Origin: Squalus acanthias
Taxonomy: Eukaryota
Direction: 5' to 3'
DNA: 64,000 nucleotides
Assembly (NCBI GenBank): GCA_030390025.1
Contig: CM059452.1
Coordinates: forward strand, 7,130,001-7,194,000
Numbering within the stretch: the first letter of the stretch is position 1; each line of letters starts with the position of its first letter. A model generated the notes under the pieces. It was not told the origin of the DNA, searched no databases, and saw nothing but the letters and a program-made list of their open reading frames with translations. Both the position numbers and the translations under genes were made by a program. Below, piece by piece: positions 63,546 through 64,000 of the stretch.

Positions 63546-64000
63546 TACTGTAACAGATCTGTGAGTGCTTTGTCCCGTGTTGTTCAAGGAAACTTAATGT
63601 GAATCCAACTAATAAAGTGTGAGTTCTCCAGCCAGACATATAAAAATAAAACTTTCCATTGCTCCGATGAAACAACCGCACATTAATTGAGTTTAACCTC
63701 ATTGCAAATAAAACTGCCCATTTTTTAATGAATTGATTAAACTTTACACATTTTGAGTATCAGATAATGATTGAATGAGATTGGCCTGATCCTGAGCTCA
63801 CTTTCAGAACAAACAGTTTCAGGAAGTGACTGTAACGCTCCAGAAAGCAGCGCCTGTTCTGATCTGATGGGAGGCTGGAAGTTATTTTGAGAATTTAAAT
63901 GGAGAATGTCGAGACTCCCGCTCCAAATAACCATCATGGGAACCTTATGTTTGAAAGCATTATTTCGTTCAATTGGTTTTAAAAAGGTAACAGGCCGGGA

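Larger units (their letters stand above)
58915..64000 (+). other. JH-CH intron (partial; CH1 lies beyond the window)
   Basis: Follows the J splice donor; AT-rich; no Ig constant-domain exon found up to 64000. Confidence 0.8.

Overview
Eukaryotic (vertebrate) genomic DNA, almost certainly a cartilaginous fish (shark). The only host gene is right of a 661-N gap: a germline, unrearranged, apparently intact cluster-type immunoglobulin heavy-chain locus of IgM type (leader 57137-57182, VH 57310-57614, D1 58071-58084, D2 58463-58475, JH 58867-58914). Its RSS spacers are 23 / 12-22 / 12-12 / 23. The J-C intron follows, and no CH exon lies within the window. Positions 1-54610 are repeat-dominated: about 37 kb of a 67-bp satellite with higher-order duplications, five copies of a ~0.8-kb non-satellite cassette (each with a perfect ATGCAAAT octamer) tied to a Deu-domain SINE, two copies of a second cassette followed by 27-bp minisatellite arrays, several CR1 LINE copies (one nested in a different LINE that sits in a satellite monomer), a PIF/Harbinger-type MITE, a solo LTR, and a Penelope-like element carrying a minimal hammerhead ribozyme. 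The 67-bp satellite reappears in sense orientation inside the J-C intron. Most short ORFs in the supplied track are repeat artefacts. All calls were made by eye, without database searches.
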